This document shows, piece by piece, positions 48,301 through 57,272 of a stretch of 64,000 nt of DNA. How positions within the stretch are numbered: position 1 is the first letter of the stretch; each line of letters starts with the position of its first letter. The notes under the pieces were generated by a model. It was not told the origin of the DNA and made no database searches. It was given only the letters and a program-made list of their open reading frames with translations. The position numbers were made by a program, and so were the translations under genes. The DNA is from Candidatus Thorarchaeota archaeon (GTDB taxonomy: Archaea > Asgardarchaeota > Thorarchaeia > Thorarchaeales > Thorarchaeaceae), in contig JBHIAE010000005.1 in NCBI GenBank assembly GCA_046758445.1, positions 32,001 to 96,000 of the forward strand. The letters are read 5' to 3'.

Positions 48301-51300
48301 CCGACTAACTACATGCTAGACCTAGAGGTTGGATGGACGGCAGCCGATTTCGATGAAACGAATGAGGAATTATGTATCTATCCAGTCACAGGTGGTGGTT
48401 GGCCTTCTGAAGACATCAAGGTGGATGTCTGGAATGGTGCATGGACCAACGTGATAGCAGATCTCACTCCTGACCAATGGAACAATGTGAGCATTAGCAA
48501 TTATCTTGCGGGGATTACATTTGAGATTCGTTTTCTTGGTGGAACTGAAACAAGTGATACAACTCAGGATACTTGGGAGATTGATGCAGTTCTGCTTCAT
48601 ACATGGACACTCAGCTACGCTCCGGCGAATGATCAAGCACCAACTTTGGACAATCCAAGCGACACTGACAATATGTATGCTCAATATCTAGAGTATCAGG
48701 TCACAGTCTTTGTTTCTGACCAGAATGGTTTCGCAGACATAGACTACCTAGAGATCGGATTATGGGACAATAGTCAAACTACAGAATACTGTCGATTCAG
48801 ATACGATGAGGATACAAATACATTCACTGAGGAATATGATGGTGGGACCTATGTGTCCCTCAATTCAGGAGGCTCCTCGGCAGTTGAGAGTGGTAATGAC
48901 ATTGATGCAACTTTCTACTTCACTATAGATTGGGACTTCCCTGATGCCACAGATCTTGATGCACAATGCTACGTCATTGATACACAGACGGAATCAACCA
49001 ACACATGGTTTGAGGTCGATTGGGACGTGGAAACACGTCTGGACTACTCTGTCACTCCAAGCATAGATGATGGCCTTGGTACACCTGACAGAGGCAATCT
49101 AGACGGTTCCTTCTCATTGACTGGAACCGTTGTCTACTACATGTCAGTAGATGACAATCCATCATCCGCTATTGTCGATGTATTTGTATCAGGTTCTGAA
49201 TACGGAACAAACGCAGGCCCCTGGAACGATTTGACACTTAGTTCGGGGGTCTTTGATGTAACGTGCTATGCAGACGATCTAGTAGGTCAAGATACTTACA
49301 CAGTCAAGGTTGTTGAGGAAGGAGCAGGTGCGGGCGGCACGGACCTTTACTACTCAACAAGTGTTACGGACACATACATAGCAGATAGTGTTCAGGTTCA
49401 ATCCTACTCTGTTGGTGATGATAGAGTAAACGTAAATGATAATGTGAATATTGATGTGACTCTGTACTATGACTACGATGATACAGTTGTTACAGATGGG
49501 GCAGTGACAATCAATACTATATCCGCGACTCACCAGGGTGCAGGTGTCTGGAGAATCACTGACTCAGAAGCAGCTGTAATGGCGAATACCTACGACATTG
49601 TTGCATATTCTGGTGGAATCCATGGACTCGCCAATGTTGACCAAAATGGACAGTCCCAGCAAGTAATCTGGGATCAGATTGTGGTGCAGACAACCGTTGC
49701 TGATGATACACGTGTCAACATCAATGACAATGTTGAGGTGCGAGTCACTCTCTGGTTGGCCTACAACAGCTCATTCCTTGGAGCTGGAGATAGTGTCACA
49801 CTTGACGATACACCAATGACTTGGGATGCAGCCAACTCTTGGTTCGATCTGACTGTATCACAGACATCTGTTGGTCTATGGACCTACTTTGTCAATGCAA
49901 GCACCGAAGCTACCTTTGGAATCACAGCCATTGACACTAACAGTCAGAGCGTGGATGTCATCTGGGATAGAGTCCTCGTAGCATCCATAGCGATTGATGA
50001 AACCTACGTAGACCTGAACGAATTCGTACAGGTAACAGTCCAACTTGAGCATGAGTATGACCGTAGTTCAGTATTGAGTGGAACATTCGGCATCAACGGT
50101 GAAGCGATGACTCACGTAGGCTCAGGAGTCTGGACTGCTGATGTAATGAGGTCTGCATATCAATCATTGTCCTTTGATGACTTCACGGAATGCAACGCCG
50201 ACGCGTACGGAATTACGGGGTATAACATGGATGGCAATAGCGCTACAGCCTACTGGGATAGAATCGAATTCTATAGCGGACAGGCCGTCGATGCAAGAAT
50301 CAATGTTGGCAGCGACGCGACTATCATTTGGGAGGTCCGCCTGGAAACTGCAGGAATCTCAATCACCTCCGATCTAACGGCAGTCGCAAGCGGGTCGCTG
50401 CCGTTGGTCTTCGTGACTGATAGCTGGAGGATTTCAGACTCACAAGGAAACGTCGGAAGTGCTTCTTTCTCAATCACATCCGCTTCATTCGGAGGAATTG
50501 ATGCCTTTGTGCAGACCATAGCAGATGTGACTGTGATATGGGACCGCGTGATAGTTGAAACCACAACCGCTACGCCAGTATCTGTCGAAATCAACCAGCC
50601 TCTAGAAGTGCATGTGATGTTAGCTTATGAATATGACAATACGCCGGTGACTGATGGACTTGTCAGTCTTGATGTAGAAGGTGATTCCATTGGGATGACC
50701 TACTCGTTGGGAAATGGCTATTGGTCTGCTGATGTTACAAAGTCAGTGGCTGGTGATTACTCAATCGTGGTCGCAAGCGTTTCAGGCAATAGCCACGGCA
50801 TCACCGCACTTAATGTGGATGGAAAACAGGTCGTTGTGCAATTCAGCGGAACCGTCGCCACTCCTGGAAACCCCTTGATGCTGCAGATTGCCGTAGTAGG
50901 TGGTGCTGGGATTGGTTTGGTCGGCACGGCCATCGTGCTAATGCGACGGCGAAGCGCCAGACCTGCACCCGCCTTAGGCGAAATTGACCCTATAGCGTTT
51001 GGAGTAGGTGACCCAACAGCAGCCGAAGCGACTCCTGAGGAGGCCTTTGTAGAGATAACAGCAGTTACGGTTACTGAGCCGGAGGAGGTTGGAGCTGTTG
51101 TGGCGCAGAAGCCGGTCGTTCAGCCTGAGGTTGACACTGAATCCATAGTCGGCGAAGTTGCGGAACTAGATGCGGCTGAGGTTTCTCCTGAAGCTCTGGA
51201 GATGGAGGAGGCGACTGTTGTCGAGAAACTAGAAGTGACTCCTGAAGAAGTTCCGACTCCCAAGGAGATTCCCTCAATTCCAAGGAATCTGGCACGACTT

Positions 51301-51423
51301 ACTAAGAGGGAGCTTTTTGACCTCCTTCCTGATGATATCAAGTCGGCTGCACCAGAGCTCAACAAGCTCAGAAAGAGGGAGCTACTAGATCTCGTCCGGT
51401 CACTCATCAGGCCTGAAGAATAG
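45346..51423 (+). CDS. Giant (2025-aa) single-pass surface protein with nested repeats, five Ig-like stalk repeats, TM helix and acidic cytoplasmic tail
   Basis: N-terminal signal peptide; D/T/S/G-rich; TM LQIAVVGGAGIGLVGTAIVLM followed by RRR. Confidence 0.88.
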   Translation: MRRNGLVFMFTVVLFGFILSMPTSSFVSIGAQNLDQRPYSKYELSGFGDNLEDFVDQTSDLHAPADLGTHSTFSDIQDYGVNYDQMQEEDTGGIGGGVLVEDYLDQTSDVDISPDLGSHGAFADLQDTDDTYDLLSEALPTAPPVFQSSAESWSAVGQAGHSFNYTLTTFSGDNRLVVVGVAWEDAEATADVTDITFNSVSIATEQIAEIVADVGFSTYVAGWYILDANLPSKAGSYNITVTVSEAITREIMVFVAEYTGVEQEAPDDTGSHQTPNPGDTTFTVTANEDNALIVAVGCTGGTTSMTSVTGGISNHEDVSDPTVTSEGGAIADYIGATSGDHTVGWTGLATRACSIGGVWSGAASSSDYQMDLEVQFTTVVDFLITEELCIKTGTFSGSEDINVTYWSGSSWTSIASDLTASQWNNFTVSLTSSTFAIKFGGSSTTSDAVLDTWNIDSVLLQVSGAGSKEDVVDVQSDVDGSADVGTHSSFAEMQTADLTYDTLTEIDTAGSLSGTVGYTFPGFTDLNQLEINEIILCQFSLGEDNVNVYSMSAYGRIDAGFGTEVVRYLIYADSAGSPGAYLGPTNQGTWTASASWTTLDMETNLTLSSGDYWLGLWSNDEIRPYYQFGAAGQTAMNVSSSSYPAQPDPFGSVTEWHNREVSVYFSWDKDLPNNYELDLEVQFTDIPYLLPVEKLCIYAGAVDAEDIIVQIRTDGGTWSNVTTDLTGSSWNNHTIKLNTTTLTIRFIDGTPTGDTSQGTWQIDIALMYLEHPGGGAGSISFRAFAAAVGQDTTSVIINKPSGTIQNDVMVCTVLTTGGTGVTFTLTGWTIIQRHDSGTTLAQAQYYKVAGASEPATYTISFSPQVVGAAVGIATYIGVDTTTPIDAYSGQVNAASTSVTAPSITTTSANAMLVGGFGTFVQTTITPATGMTERYDIVGGIGGDDQITDEVADEVKATAGATGTRVATAGLSAVSIGQLIALKPAAPTNYMLDLEVGWTAADFDETNEELCIYPVTGGGWPSEDIKVDVWNGAWTNVIADLTPDQWNNVSISNYLAGITFEIRFLGGTETSDTTQDTWEIDAVLLHTWTLSYAPANDQAPTLDNPSDTDNMYAQYLEYQVTVFVSDQNGFADIDYLEIGLWDNSQTTEYCRFRYDEDTNTFTEEYDGGTYVSLNSGGSSAVESGNDIDATFYFTIDWDFPDATDLDAQCYVIDTQTESTNTWFEVDWDVETRLDYSVTPSIDDGLGTPDRGNLDGSFSLTGTVVYYMSVDDNPSSAIVDVFVSGSEYGTNAGPWNDLTLSSGVFDVTCYADDLVGQDTYTVKVVEEGAGAGGTDLYYSTSVTDTYIADSVQVQSYSVGDDRVNVNDNVNIDVTLYYDYDDTVVTDGAVTINTISATHQGAGVWRITDSEAAVMANTYDIVAYSGGIHGLANVDQNGQSQQVIWDQIVVQTTVADDTRVNINDNVEVRVTLWLAYNSSFLGAGDSVTLDDTPMTWDAANSWFDLTVSQTSVGLWTYFVNASTEATFGITAIDTNSQSVDVIWDRVLVASIAIDETYVDLNEFVQVTVQLEHEYDRSSVLSGTFGINGEAMTHVGSGVWTADVMRSAYQSLSFDDFTECNADAYGITGYNMDGNSATAYWDRIEFYSGQAVDARINVGSDATIIWEVRLETAGISITSDLTAVASGSLPLVFVTDSWRISDSQGNVGSASFSITSASFGGIDAFVQTIADVTVIWDRVIVETTTATPVSVEINQPLEVHVMLAYEYDNTPVTDGLVSLDVEGDSIGMTYSLGNGYWSADVTKSVAGDYSIVVASVSGNSHGITALNVDGKQVVVQFSGTVATPGNPLMLQIAVVGGAGIGLVGTAIVLMRRRSARPAPALGEIDPIAFGVGDPTAAEATPEEAFVEITAVTVTEPEEVGAVVAQKPVVQPEVDTESIVGEVAELDAAEVSPEALEMEEATVVEKLEVTPEEVPTPKEIPSIPRNLARLTKRELFDLLPDDIKSAAPELNKLRKRELLDLVRSLIRPEE
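49381..50847 (+). repeat. Five tandem ~97-aa Ig-like repeats (D.RVN...Y.YD...G.W...VIWD)
   Basis: The first four repeats end in VIWD, VIWD, AYWD, VIWD; the fifth ends VQFS. Confidence 0.75.
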
Positions 51424-51462
51424 AAGTTTCGAAGGGTTAATGAACGACTCATTCCACGGTGT

Positions 51463-52140
51463 GTGTGTTCAGATCTTCTAGATTGGCAACCGAAGTCGGA
51501 AGTGGTCATATTGCTAGATATCCATGAGCTAGACTCAGAACTTGGGCTTGGGGATGTTGGTGGTTGGAAGCGGGGAGTAAGGGTTCTTGGAGTTTCGGAG
51601 AGCTTTCTCCGTTCAGACCTGAAGAGCAATGTCGCAGGTGTTGTCATGAGGGGCGACATGCGAATCGATGGCGTAGGATTCTGCGAACCAACGGTCGGAG
51701 GAACAGATGCAACTGACCAGCTCATATTGATGTTCAATCGACTGGCGCGGGGAGACATTAGGGCCTGGATGCTGGGGGGCTGTATCATTTCGTGGTTCAA
51801 TACTGTAAACTCGGTGAGGCTCTTTGAAGCGACAGGAGTCCCTGTAGTGTGTGTTTCTTACAATCCGTCGGAAGGGATTGAGAAATACTTGCGCGAGTAT
51901 TTCCCCAACAGCTGGCAGGAGCGAGTCAGTCAGATGGACAGAGGAGGTCCGAGAGAACAGGTTCTTCTGAAGACCGGTCATGAAGTGTTTGTCGCGACAG
52001 CAGGGCTTACCACCAAGAAAGCACACCGTCTGGTGGATCAGTTCACTCTAGATGGAAGAATCCCCGAGCCGATTCGTGTTGCTCGTATCCTAGCCTCAGC
52101 CCTCAAACGGGATTTCAGCCTGGTCAGTGAAAGAACCTAA
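51463..52140 (+). CDS. DUF99 family (endonuclease V-like) protein; true start probably downstream of the annotated one
   Basis: RVLGVSESF, GVVMRGD, VGGTDAT, GCIISWFN, GRIPEPIRVA. Confidence 0.85.
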   Translation: MCSDLLDWQPKSEVVILLDIHELDSELGLGDVGGWKRGVRVLGVSESFLRSDLKSNVAGVVMRGDMRIDGVGFCEPTVGGTDATDQLILMFNRLARGDIRAWMLGGCIISWFNTVNSVRLFEATGVPVVCVSYNPSEGIEKYLREYFPNSWQERVSQMDRGGPREQVLLKTGHEVFVATAGLTTKKAHRLVDQFTLDGRIPEPIRVARILASALKRDFSLVSERT

Positions 52141-52160
52141 GAGTCAAGGCCAGGGTGATA

Positions 52161-52775
52161 CTACGTACTCTCACCAACTCTTGTTGACCCATGCTCTTCT
52201 TCAAGTTCCTTGCACAGATCCATCGCGAACGCTATGCCCAACTCCTCTAATCGATCCCTGCCCGAGTCATAGAACCCTTGAAGAAGACTAGGGGAAACTC
52301 CAGATCTCTCCATTGAGATAGCGTGCACAAGCATGTCCAATACATCTGCCGAGCCAACGATCCTTGCTTCTAGCGAGATTCCTTCACGGTACACGCCCCA
52401 CTGGTCGCGAAGAATACCTCCCAGGTCGCCCAGGGGAGCCACAATTGATTCTAATGCTCTCGCTTCAAGGGCTGACTTCTCAACTACGAATCCTTTAGTA
52501 TACACTGTGTCCGGTGCGGATGGAATATCGGAAACAACTGCCTCCCCCAAGTCATGAAGAATGGCCATAGCGAGTGTTTCTCCCAAATCAATTTCCTTTC
52601 CCTCTTCTTCGAGTTTCTTTGCGAGTAACAACGAAATCAATGCAGTGCCATAGGAGTGCTCTGCTACCGACTCGAAGACAAGACAGTCTACTCCTGCAGT
52701 CGCCCATCCAGCTCTCTGCAGGCTCTTCAGAATCTCTCCTTTCATGAAGAAGGAAATGGCATCCAGAGCTATCAT
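52161..52775 (-). CDS. HD-domain 5'-deoxynucleotidase (YfbR/HDDC2-like)
   Basis: LKSLQRAGW, ESVAEHS, HDLGEA..SDI, AD. Confidence 0.87.
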   Translation of the reverse strand: MIALDAISFFMKGEILKSLQRAGWATAGVDCLVFESVAEHSYGTALISLLLAKKLEEEGKEIDLGETLAMAILHDLGEAVVSDIPSAPDTVYTKGFVVEKSALEARALESIVAPLGDLGGILRDQWGVYREGISLEARIVGSADVLDMLVHAISMERSGVSPSLLQGFYDSGRDRLEELGIAFAMDLCKELEEEHGSTRVGEST

Positions 52776-52842
52776 ATCGAGCAGTTTGAGAGCATTAGTT
52801 ATAAGTAGTGGAGGTGCAAGAGCCTTCGCACCGATTTGAGAG

Positions 52843-53568
52843 ATGAGGGATATGCCGGAAAAGACTCTCGCAGAGGTGGCAACACTTCTTGAGGAAGCAC
52901 TTGAGCTTCATAAATCTGTAAGGCAAGTCGTTCTCTCAACCAGGGAAGGTGTCGTCGTGGCTTCGGTTGGCCGAGACGAAGAGCTTGACTCGAAAGTACT
53001 CTCGACCATCTCTGCTGCTCTTGTTTGGGCCGGTTCAACCGCTCTCGATAGCATTGGTTCAACGAAACCAAAATACCTCATCCAATCTACGAGCATTGAA
53101 CGTATTCTCACAATACTGGAACCGAACTATTTTCTCGTGGTTGTGATCTCAAAAGCCGCTGATGCTGGTGCAGATATGGATGAGTTGTTGTCCAAGTTCC
53201 AGTCTGTTGCGACAAGGATGGAGCTATTGATGAGCTCAACCAGCGACTTCGGACAGCAAACAACCATTGGACGCATTCTTGAGGAACTCCCAGGGATTTC
53301 TCAGGCAATGCTCCTGACTGAGGAAGGTATGCCCTTAGGATCAGTGGGGTTTGAAGACCCAATAGAACTCGCTGGACTCGCGAGTTCAATATTCTCGAAC
53401 GGGCTCACCTTTTCGCCAGACACCGATTACATAACAATGACTGCTGGGGAACTTGAACTGATGGTCGCCCGAGCAGATGAGAGTCGGCTGGTCATGGTAG
53501 CTAGCCGGGGCCAGAATCCAGCTGAATTGGCGCAGAAAGTGCGAAACATCGTCGAGGGTCTGAGCTAG
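52843..53568 (+). CDS. Tandem (double) Roadblock/LC7 protein
   Basis: VVLSTREGVVVAS...STISAAL and AMLLTEEGMPLGS...AGLASSIF. Confidence 0.72.
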   Translation: MRDMPEKTLAEVATLLEEALELHKSVRQVVLSTREGVVVASVGRDEELDSKVLSTISAALVWAGSTALDSIGSTKPKYLIQSTSIERILTILEPNYFLVVVISKAADAGADMDELLSKFQSVATRMELLMSSTSDFGQQTTIGRILEELPGISQAMLLTEEGMPLGSVGFEDPIELAGLASSIFSNGLTFSPDTDYITMTAGELELMVARADESRLVMVASRGQNPAELAQKVRNIVEGLS

Positions 53569-54278
53569 GCTCCTTTTGCCTCTGCCTCTTCCAAGGGCCT
53601 ATCTGTTTCTGTTATGGACTCATCGTCCTCAACATCTCGAAACTGCCATTCTGTCAAGTTGATGGTTATGAAGCAGTCCTTTCCTCGTTCAGGGCAGTCG
53701 ATTCGTATCGTGACGTGGTCTTCCGTTGATTCTCTGATTTCAGGGTTCAAGCATCCGTCTTCAAGCTTCTCCATCAAGAACATTACAAATGCTTCGGAAA
53801 TCGTGTTTAGACTTCCCTTGAGAAGTGCTTGGCCGAGTTCATCCAAATAGTGTCTCTTCTTACGACCTTCTTTCTTGACCTTGACCAGGCCTACCTCTTC
53901 CATCCTTGAGACGTGCCATCTCACCGTATCATGATGTACGCCAAGGGTTTCGGCCATTTGTTCCTGGTAACACGAAGGGTTGTTCACGATATAGGCAAAG
54001 ATATTCTGAGCAGTTTCACTTCGCATCGTGAGGTATGCCATCTCTGCTTCTCGAGACCTCAACATCTTTGGATAATAGAGTCGTTTTCCCGCGAACTTGA
54101 TTGACTTCACTAGTCCCTCCCGTTCTAGAATCCTGAGATGCCACGTCAAGGTGCCTAGAGGCGATTCGAGTAGCTCCACTAGTTCGAGAAGGTAAGTTCC
54201 CGGGTTCTCACATAGAACTTGGTACAAGTCGCGTCGAAAGGGATGAAGAAGTAGTGCCATGCGTTTCTGACGACCCAT
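53565..54278 (-). CDS. Double winged-helix (ArsR-like) transcriptional regulator
   Basis: NPG...GTLTWHLRILEREGLV and NP...TVRWHVSRMEEVGLV. Confidence 0.85.
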   Translation of the reverse strand: MGRQKRMALLLHPFRRDLYQVLCENPGTYLLELVELLESPLGTLTWHLRILEREGLVKSIKFAGKRLYYPKMLRSREAEMAYLTMRSETAQNIFAYIVNNPSCYQEQMAETLGVHHDTVRWHVSRMEEVGLVKVKKEGRKKRHYLDELGQALLKGSLNTISEAFVMFLMEKLEDGCLNPEIRESTEDHVTIRIDCPERGKDCFITINLTEWQFRDVEDDESITETDRPLEEAEAKGA

Positions 54279-54527
54279 TGTACCGGCCTCTCGTCCTGCT
54301 CCCTGACATTCATGAGTGAAGGGTGATTAAAATGCTTCGACAAGCGATTATAGACTCCCGTGATACTGAATCCTATACTTCAATCATTGGGTGATTCCTG
54401 CTTTCTAATGGCCTTGATGAGGAGGCCACGTGAGCGGAACTACAAGAGGAATCGCTCAGCTCATGCTCAGTGATATTGGAGTCAATCCTGGCTTGCCGCG
54501 AAACATGTCAAAAACACTTGGCGGGGA

Positions 54528-54914
54528 TTAATCTCTATCGCCTGTTTCCCCAATTCTGATTGCCCTCATCTCAGAGGCAATCACATTCCCAGCTTCAAAC
54601 CCTTCTCGGATGTTTACTGCGTCTTCATCCTCTAGTTCAAAGACACCAATCAACTGGTTCCTGTCCGACAACGCCCACTGCCCGTAGACGGTGATTCCCG
54701 AATCAGTTTCGCATTCTAGAAGACCTAGAGTCCCGGAACTCGACCACCAACTCAGGCACTTACCAATGAAACCAAGTCTTGAGATGAGATCGTTCCATAG
54801 GTTTGCAAGTTTCGTTGGACCAAACTTGTTCCTGAATGTAATGAGGAAGTGTCCTTCCTTTCCTTGAATCTCTCTCTCAATAGTTTCTATCTCATTCTTT
54901 GTAAAGAGTGCCAT
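54528..54914 (-). CDS. Hypothetical protein
   Basis: 128-aa ORF with ATG start, filling the gap. Confidence 0.65.
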   Translation of the reverse strand: MALFTKNEIETIEREIQGKEGHFLITFRNKFGPTKLANLWNDLISRLGFIGKCLSWWSSSGTLGLLECETDSGITVYGQWALSDRNQLIGVFELEDEDAVNIREGFEAGNVIASEMRAIRIGETGDRD

Positions 54915-55007
54915 TGATGGTCTTGTAAGGCAACGTAGACTGAAGTTAAAAGCACCGCGCTATGGATAAAAGGCAGCATTACTGTGTCGATGAGAGGCTG
55001 AGAGATC

Positions 55008-55907
55008 TTGACGACCAAACGCATTTCCCGGATTGGACTATTCTCATCTGATCCATGGTCTTCTCGGGTCGACAGTCTCGAAAAAGCCCTTCAGGGTCTT
55101 GGCGTGGAAGTACTTAGAGTAATACCTTGGAAAGTGTCGAGTCATAGTTCCTCACAGAGCCATCGCATTGTATCGGGAGATCATGATCTCTCTGAACTGG
55201 ACCTTCTACTCGTCCTTGACTTGGGGGCGAACGACATTGGTACTTTCTTCAGTCGGGTTGGATTCCTTTCAGCTCTTGCAGAATTGGGTGTTCAAATCGT
55301 CAACTCGGTCAACTCGATCCTTCTGATGCGGAACAAGGCTGAAACGATGAGACGGCTCGTATCTGCAGGCCTGCCTGTGCCCAAGACACTCATAACTGAG
55401 TCAATTGAGGATGCGGCAGATTTCATTAGAGAACACTTCCCGTGTGTACTCAAGCCAATCACCGGTTTTGGTGGACTCGGCGTCCAGTTAATTGATAGAG
55501 AGTTCGACCTGGAGAACGTCTATGATTACCTCAAGTTCCACAGCCAAATGTTCGGAAAGGGAGCGTACCTCCTTCAGGAGTACGTCCGGGGACCCGGGTT
55601 CGATATCAGAGCATTCGTTATGGACAAACATGTTGTCGCAACTATGCAGAGAGTAAGCAGTGATGGCTTTGTCACCAACATTCACGCAGGAGGAAGACCG
55701 AGGCCGAACGATGTTGACGTCACCGACCTTGCAGTACGTGCCGCAGTTTCCGTCAGGGGACGCATGGTCGGAGTGGACATCATCCCAGATCAGGAAGGTG
55801 ATCTTTGGGTTCTCGAGGTGAATGCCACACCCGGATGGACCGGTCTACAGAAGGTCACTGGCATTGATATTGCAGGCAAAATCGCAGAATCATTGACGAG
55901 AACCTGA
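55008..55907 (+). CDS. RimK-family ATP-grasp ligase (MptN/CofF/LysX-like)
   Basis: NKAET, VPKT, VLKPITGFGGLGV, QEYV, DIR, TNIHAGG, GVDI, LEVNATPGW. Confidence 0.88.
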   Translation: MTTKRISRIGLFSSDPWSSRVDSLEKALQGLGVEVLRVIPWKVSSHSSSQSHRIVSGDHDLSELDLLLVLDLGANDIGTFFSRVGFLSALAELGVQIVNSVNSILLMRNKAETMRRLVSAGLPVPKTLITESIEDAADFIREHFPCVLKPITGFGGLGVQLIDREFDLENVYDYLKFHSQMFGKGAYLLQEYVRGPGFDIRAFVMDKHVVATMQRVSSDGFVTNIHAGGRPRPNDVDVTDLAVRAAVSVRGRMVGVDIIPDQEGDLWVLEVNATPGWTGLQKVTGIDIAGKIAESLTRT

Positions 55908-56065
55908 CTTGTCATGTTCTGACTGGGACTCATCCATAGATTTTTAAGAGAGCCCTAGAGCGAGAGGAATACGCCAGTACCTCCAGGGCACGGATTTGTG
56001 CTCAAGGGGTCGGAATCCGCCCTGCTTGGCAGGGACCGCAAAACGAAATTCTGAGGCTACAGAGT

Positions 56066-57121
56066 TTGACAGAAGCAGCCGAAGCAAAGCCAGAGGATAT
56101 TGAGTACCTCAGGGCCCGCTTGAGAGAGCTCAAGACACAGGCACGTGGGGACCTTGAGGTGTTGAGAAGAAATCGCGACAAGATGCGCGAATACAAGACT
56201 ATCAGGGACGAGCACAACAAGGAAGTCCGCAGTCTTATAGAATCAGTGAAGGCTGAAAGAGAAGAGCGAGATCGAATCAACAAGGAGATCAATGAGGCCA
56301 AGCAGCGGCGAACGGCGATTCACGCACAGCTCAAGAGCATCTACGAGGAGATACGTGAGCTTCGAAGCAATATCGTTGGAAGCCCTTCCACAGACCAACG
56401 TAGGATGATGCGCCACGTCGAAGAATTGGAATGGCGTCAGCAAACAGAACAACTCTCAATGGATGAAGAGCGGTCGATTGTTGAAGAGATTGCTCGAATC
56501 GAAACCAAACTCGTCAAGATTGGCCAGGAGAAGGAGAAACAGGATAGGATCAGTGAGCTAAGAAGGCTTGCGCGCCGACTGAAAGGAGAGGCATCGGATG
56601 CCCACGCAAAGGTTCTGGACTTGTCGGAGCAGTCTCAGGTTCATCATCAAGAGGTTGTCAGAATAAGGCCTCAGCTAGAGGAGTTCAAGCGGTCTGCAGA
56701 CACAGCACATCAGAACTTCGTGGAATGGTTGAAGAAGGTGAAAGAGGGCGAAGCAAAGCTCAAGGAAGTCCGCGACGAGATTGACGACACTTATGGCAAG
56801 ATAAGAAAGCACGAGTCTGAGCAACGGGACAATGCTCGCTCCGAGAAGCGCGAGATTCAGAAAGCTCAGGAGCAAGAGCGCCAGGACGCAGCAGTCGAGA
56901 AGCTCCAGGCTGGCAAACGCCTAACCTTCGACGAGTTCATTCTTGCCCAGCGCGGAGTCGCTGATGATAAGAAACAGTCCAGGAAGCGAAGAGATCGAGA
57001 TGAATCAGCTGATGAAGAGGTTTCCAAAGAAACTCCAGAGGGACCATCCAAAGTTGAAGCCCCAGTTGAAGTGACTGAGGCCGGAGAATCATCAACTGAA
57101 GAAGTCGACAAAGAGGAATAG
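56066..57121 (+). CDS. Archaeal coiled-coil protein (COG1340-like)
   Basis: Heptad-rich; LEWRQQT, EERSIVEEI, AHQNF, GKRLTFDE. Confidence 0.8.
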   Translation: MTEAAEAKPEDIEYLRARLRELKTQARGDLEVLRRNRDKMREYKTIRDEHNKEVRSLIESVKAEREERDRINKEINEAKQRRTAIHAQLKSIYEEIRELRSNIVGSPSTDQRRMMRHVEELEWRQQTEQLSMDEERSIVEEIARIETKLVKIGQEKEKQDRISELRRLARRLKGEASDAHAKVLDLSEQSQVHHQEVVRIRPQLEEFKRSADTAHQNFVEWLKKVKEGEAKLKEVRDEIDDTYGKIRKHESEQRDNARSEKREIQKAQEQERQDAAVEKLQAGKRLTFDEFILAQRGVADDKKQSRKRRDRDESADEEVSKETPEGPSKVEAPVEVTEAGESSTEEVDKEE

Positions 57122-57272
57122 TTTAGCTAGTTGTTTCCAGTTGCAGCAATCCTCCACCATAGGTCCTACCACCCGAATACCTTAATACGTGCCACTTTTA
57201 GCAGGCGCAATGCTGAGGAGCGTGGACCAAAGAGAAGCGTTTCTTTCTTGCTCACGATGGTTGCTGATATCT

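Noticed and set aside
44113-50847. LRR and surface-protein repeats as CRISPR or diversity-generating retroelement repeats
   Set aside because: The repeats are degenerate and protein-level; there are no identical DNA repeats with spacers, no reverse transcriptase and no cas genes
51120-51800. 226-aa minus-strand Ser/Thr-rich ORF
   Set aside because: Antisense shadow of the acidic tail of the surface protein and of DUF99
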